Positions 60,892 to 64,000 of a DNA stretch of 64,000 nucleotides are shown piece after piece. Origin of the DNA: Lingula anatina. Taxonomy: Eukaryota > Animalia > Brachiopoda. How positions within the stretch are numbered: position 1 is the stretch's first letter; each line of letters opens with the position of its first letter. The notes beneath the pieces were generated by a model. The model saw nothing but the letters and a program-made list of their open reading frames with translations, ran no database searches and was not told where the DNA came from. The position numbers and the translations under genes are program-made. The stretch lies in NCBI GenBank assembly GCA_051362555.1, contig CM120645.1:20398001-20462000 (forward strand). The letters run 5' to 3'.

Positions 60892-63158
60892 AAATAAATA
60901 AATAAATAAAAATGATTTAGTGCAAAAACACCCATTTTCCCATTGATTTGAATGGGGACTTCCAACTAGTGCGTCACACAGAGTGTAACGCACTTCAACT
61001 TGGCGTAGTTCTCTTATTTAGTCGGTGACCCCCAATTTTTTTGGCAAAATTTAAATGTACTTGGAGGAGGCCTCTTTACACAAAAAGTTGTTTAAAAAAA
61101 TTCAAACGTTAGAAAATAATAAAAAAATAACGTTTTGGTGAAAAAACACCCATTTGCCCATTGATTTGAATGGGGACTAGTGCGTCACGAAGGGTGTGAC
61201 GCACTTCAAGTTGGCGTAGTTCTCTTATTTGGTCGGTGACCCCCAATTTTTTTGGCAAAATTAAAATGTACTTGGAGGAGGCCTCTTTACACAAAAATTT
61301 TTTTAAAAAAATTCGAACGTCAGAAAGTCATGAAAAATAATGCTTTAGTGAAAAAACACCCATTTTCCAATTGATTTGAATGGGGACTAGTGCGATATGC
61401 AGGGTGTATCATATTTGGGCCTAGTTCTCTTATTTGGTCCGTGACCCCCAATTTTTTTTGCAAATTTTTAATGTACTTGGGTGTCTCTTCAAACAAAAAA
61501 AAAAACTTTTAAAAATTCGAACGTTGGAACATGTAACGACCGATCTACCTTAAGCCACGTATTTTACACTTCCTTTGAATAATTCCAATTTTAGGCTTCG
61601 TTCACATGCAATGTCTATTTTCTAAATTCTATTTTCTATTCGCGCTATCTTATGATCACGGTCTGTGCCCTGAATATCCCGCGGCGTAATTACTGGCAGC
61701 GCGAGCCAGTTACTATAGGTTACTATAAGTAACTGGCTCGCGCTGCCAGTAATTACTCGGCGGGATATTCAGGGCACAGACCGTGATCATAAGATAGCGC
61801 GAATAGAAAATAGAATTTAGAAAATAGACATTGCATGTGAACGAAGCCTTAGGTACAAGTAAGGGAACATAACCTTCGTGATGTATACCCCTGTATGTCA
61901 CACACACATGTGGGTTGATTTGTGGCGCTGGGAAGTTCTCATTTGGAAGGCATTGGAGATATATTTATTATAGAGTTTGTAAGACGTTTACTTGAGTAAA
62001 ATGCTGAATGTGAAATAAAGGGCATTGTTGAAAATGTTCACAGTAATTGATGTTCATTTTGTGTTGTTGATAGGGTCCTCTCGGTCCCGCTGGCCCACCT
62101 GGTCCTTCTATGACAGACGACCAAATAAAACAACTTATAAAAGAACATGGTAAACTTTCTTTTTCTTGTTTGAGCTATATGTATAGTTGATATTGTCCAA
62201 CATAAACCTTTTTCATGTGCATAGACCAAAGCATCTTTAAAAATTATGAGTAATCGAAAAAATAAGTTTTCTGTTGAAAACGTTTTTCACATGTTCACCA
62301 TCTGATATAATCATTAGAAGATGACGTTAAACAACTTATAAAATTGCAGATTGTTGATTTTTTTCTGATAGGTTTACCACGTAATACGACAGGTGGCGGA
62401 TCAGTGTACACGAGATGGGGGAGAACTAAGTGTGGTGCCTCTTCTAAACTTCTTTATGAAGGTAAGAACTGCATAAGCAATTACAGTCACGTAGTTTTTA
62501 AATTGAACCATTTCAAAAAATGAAAACATAATTTTCCTGGGTTGTTAACCCATAATAAATTAATTAGGGTGCCATTTCATTAAGGCCTAAATCATATAAC
62601 TTCCTCTTACGTATACTGCATCTACACATCGCTGTTGCCCTTTTTTATTTTGTAGGTTATACTGCTGGATCCTACTATGGTCAGAAAGGTGGGGCTAGCA
62701 ACTACGTCTGTCTCCCTCGCGACCCACAGTGGGGCAAATATCAAGATGGAATCCAGAATTCTGGACCTACCATTCACGGCACAGAGTACGAAATGGGACA
62801 CTACTCCAATGATCCTTTCCAGAGGACCAATTTTGGAGGCAAGAATTTTAAGAACCAAGATGCTCCATGTGCTGTTTGTTACACCCAGAACCGCACCAGT
62901 CATGTTATGATTCCAGCCTGGAAGACATGTCCAACCGAGTGGACGCTGGAATATCGCGGATACTTGGTTGCCCAATTCTATTCGCAATATAGAACTGAAT
63001 TTGTCTGTCTTGATGAGGCTCCAGAAGGAATTAGAGGAGGAGAAAAAAACACAAATGGTGCTCTTTTCTATGTGGTTCAAGCCAAATGTGGTCAAGCTCT
63101 CCCATGTCCAAATTATGTTGAAGGGAGAGAGTTGACCTGCGTTGTGTGCTCCATGTAG
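57157..63158 (+). CDS. Secreted short-chain collagen C4-like protein, copy 2
   Basis: Exons 57157-57354, 57550-57679, 58065-58339, 62074-62149, 62372-62461, 62656-63158 in frame; same domain order as copy 1; intron 3 expanded to 3.7 kb by TE insertions. Confidence 0.88.
59032..61549 (-). mobile_element. 2.5-kb TIR element in a TTAA context containing a decayed Tc1-like transposase
   Basis: TIRs GGTAGATCGGTCGTTAC / GTAACGACCGATCTACC with TTAA on both sides; minus-strand relics [46 protein letters not shown]; three ~230-bp tandem repeats at 60910-61500. Confidence 0.75.
61594..61848. mobile_element. Fold-back PIF/Harbinger MITE
   Basis: ~120-bp near-perfect inverted arms (GGCTTCGTTCACATGC... 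/ ...GCATGTGAACGAAGCC), short spacer, TTA TSD. Confidence 0.92.
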
Positions 63159-63249
63159 GTGAAGTGTGATCAAATAACATGCAATTTTGTGACTCGCAAC
63201 AGTTTGGAATCTTTAAAATATTATTTTCACCATTGGGTCATGAGAGCGT

Positions 63250-63474
63250 CCCAGCTAACACAGAAAGCTATTAAAACGTTGCTGTGACGTTTCCCCCCCC
63301 CCCCCCCCCCCCTTCTTTCTATTTTTTAAAGTTATCATGATGATGCATCTATGAAGTTCTACTTTAGGATCACCATTATGATAACTTATTAATTTCTTAA
63401 AGATCTATATGGTTTTTGATTATGATTATATAAACGTTATGGTAAAGTTATAAAAACGTTTTGTGTATGTTGGG
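63250..63474. mobile_element. CMC/EnSpm-like MITE (CCCA...TGGG ends) downstream of collagen-like copy 2
   Basis: CCCAGCTAACACAGAAAG ... TTTTGTGTATGTTGGG; absent at the homologous site after copy 1 (GAGAGCATTC, ~52976). Confidence 0.65.
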
Positions 63475-63536
63475 ATTCGCCACAATATCCAGAACGTTTT
63501 CTGTTTCCCTTTCTTCTTTTCGTCTTTCATTCTTGT

Positions 63537-63574
<38 letters not shown>

Positions 63575-64000
63575 TAAGTTCATACTGTATTCAGATCCAT
63601 AACCGGGTAATTTAGACACCATGCTGCTATCCATTCCAGAAAACAATACAAGTAAAAGGCAATGATAAAATCACGCTAAATATCATTTTCTCGCAACCCG
63701 ATATAATGATACATGTATTTCTGACCCTTAGTTTTTACATACAGCACCTGGAAAAAACTCAACACAGCATGTTGTGTAGGATGTAAAGAATGATAAGCAA
63801 ACATGCGGAGTAGTTATTGTTATTAAACGGAATGTCATCTGTACCCAGACTTGCGCCAACATTGAGTTGTATGCCAAATTTACCACATTTTACCGTGCTC
63901 TGGTTGAGCAAAATAAAAGTCGATTACCACTATTCTTTTTTAGTGGAGGGACCATTTAGTTATTTCAAAAACGTAAGTTTGTCCAACAATTTTAGTTATT

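Noticed and set aside
60910-61500. Regularly spaced repeats that might suggest a CRISPR array
   Set aside because: Whole ~230-bp units are repeated with no unique spacers, in a eukaryotic TE context and with no cas genes.

Overview
AT-rich, intron-containing animal genomic DNA, most likely a lophotrochozoan/mollusc (inferred from the repeat and gene families). The main feature is a 12.3-kb Mutator-like DNA transposon (9548-21845) with 81-bp TIRs matching at 80/81 positions and a perfect 9-bp TSD. Its ~19-exon gene can be spliced into one uninterrupted ~1,070-aa protein: CaRF/ALS2CR8-type DNA-binding domain, MULE DDE core, SWIM finger and a C-terminal Ulp1/C48-like cysteine protease with a His-Asn-Cys triad. 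The element sits ~50 bp upstream of the TATA box of a minus-strand IL-17-receptor-like gene, and the empty site is visible in a paralogous IL-17R-like copy at 28.8-33 kb that is truncated by stop codons. Downstream lie two tandem ornithine-decarboxylase-like genes lacking the catalytic Cys360/Asp361 and two tandem secreted short-chain-collagen-C4-like genes with a collectin-like layout and an apparent gene-conversion tract. The window also holds a Tc1 relic, an Academ-like element, a LINE fragment, a tRNA-derived SINE, a Helentron-like tandem array and many MITEs. All gene models were built by hand from splice signals and reading frame; none was checked against transcripts or databases.
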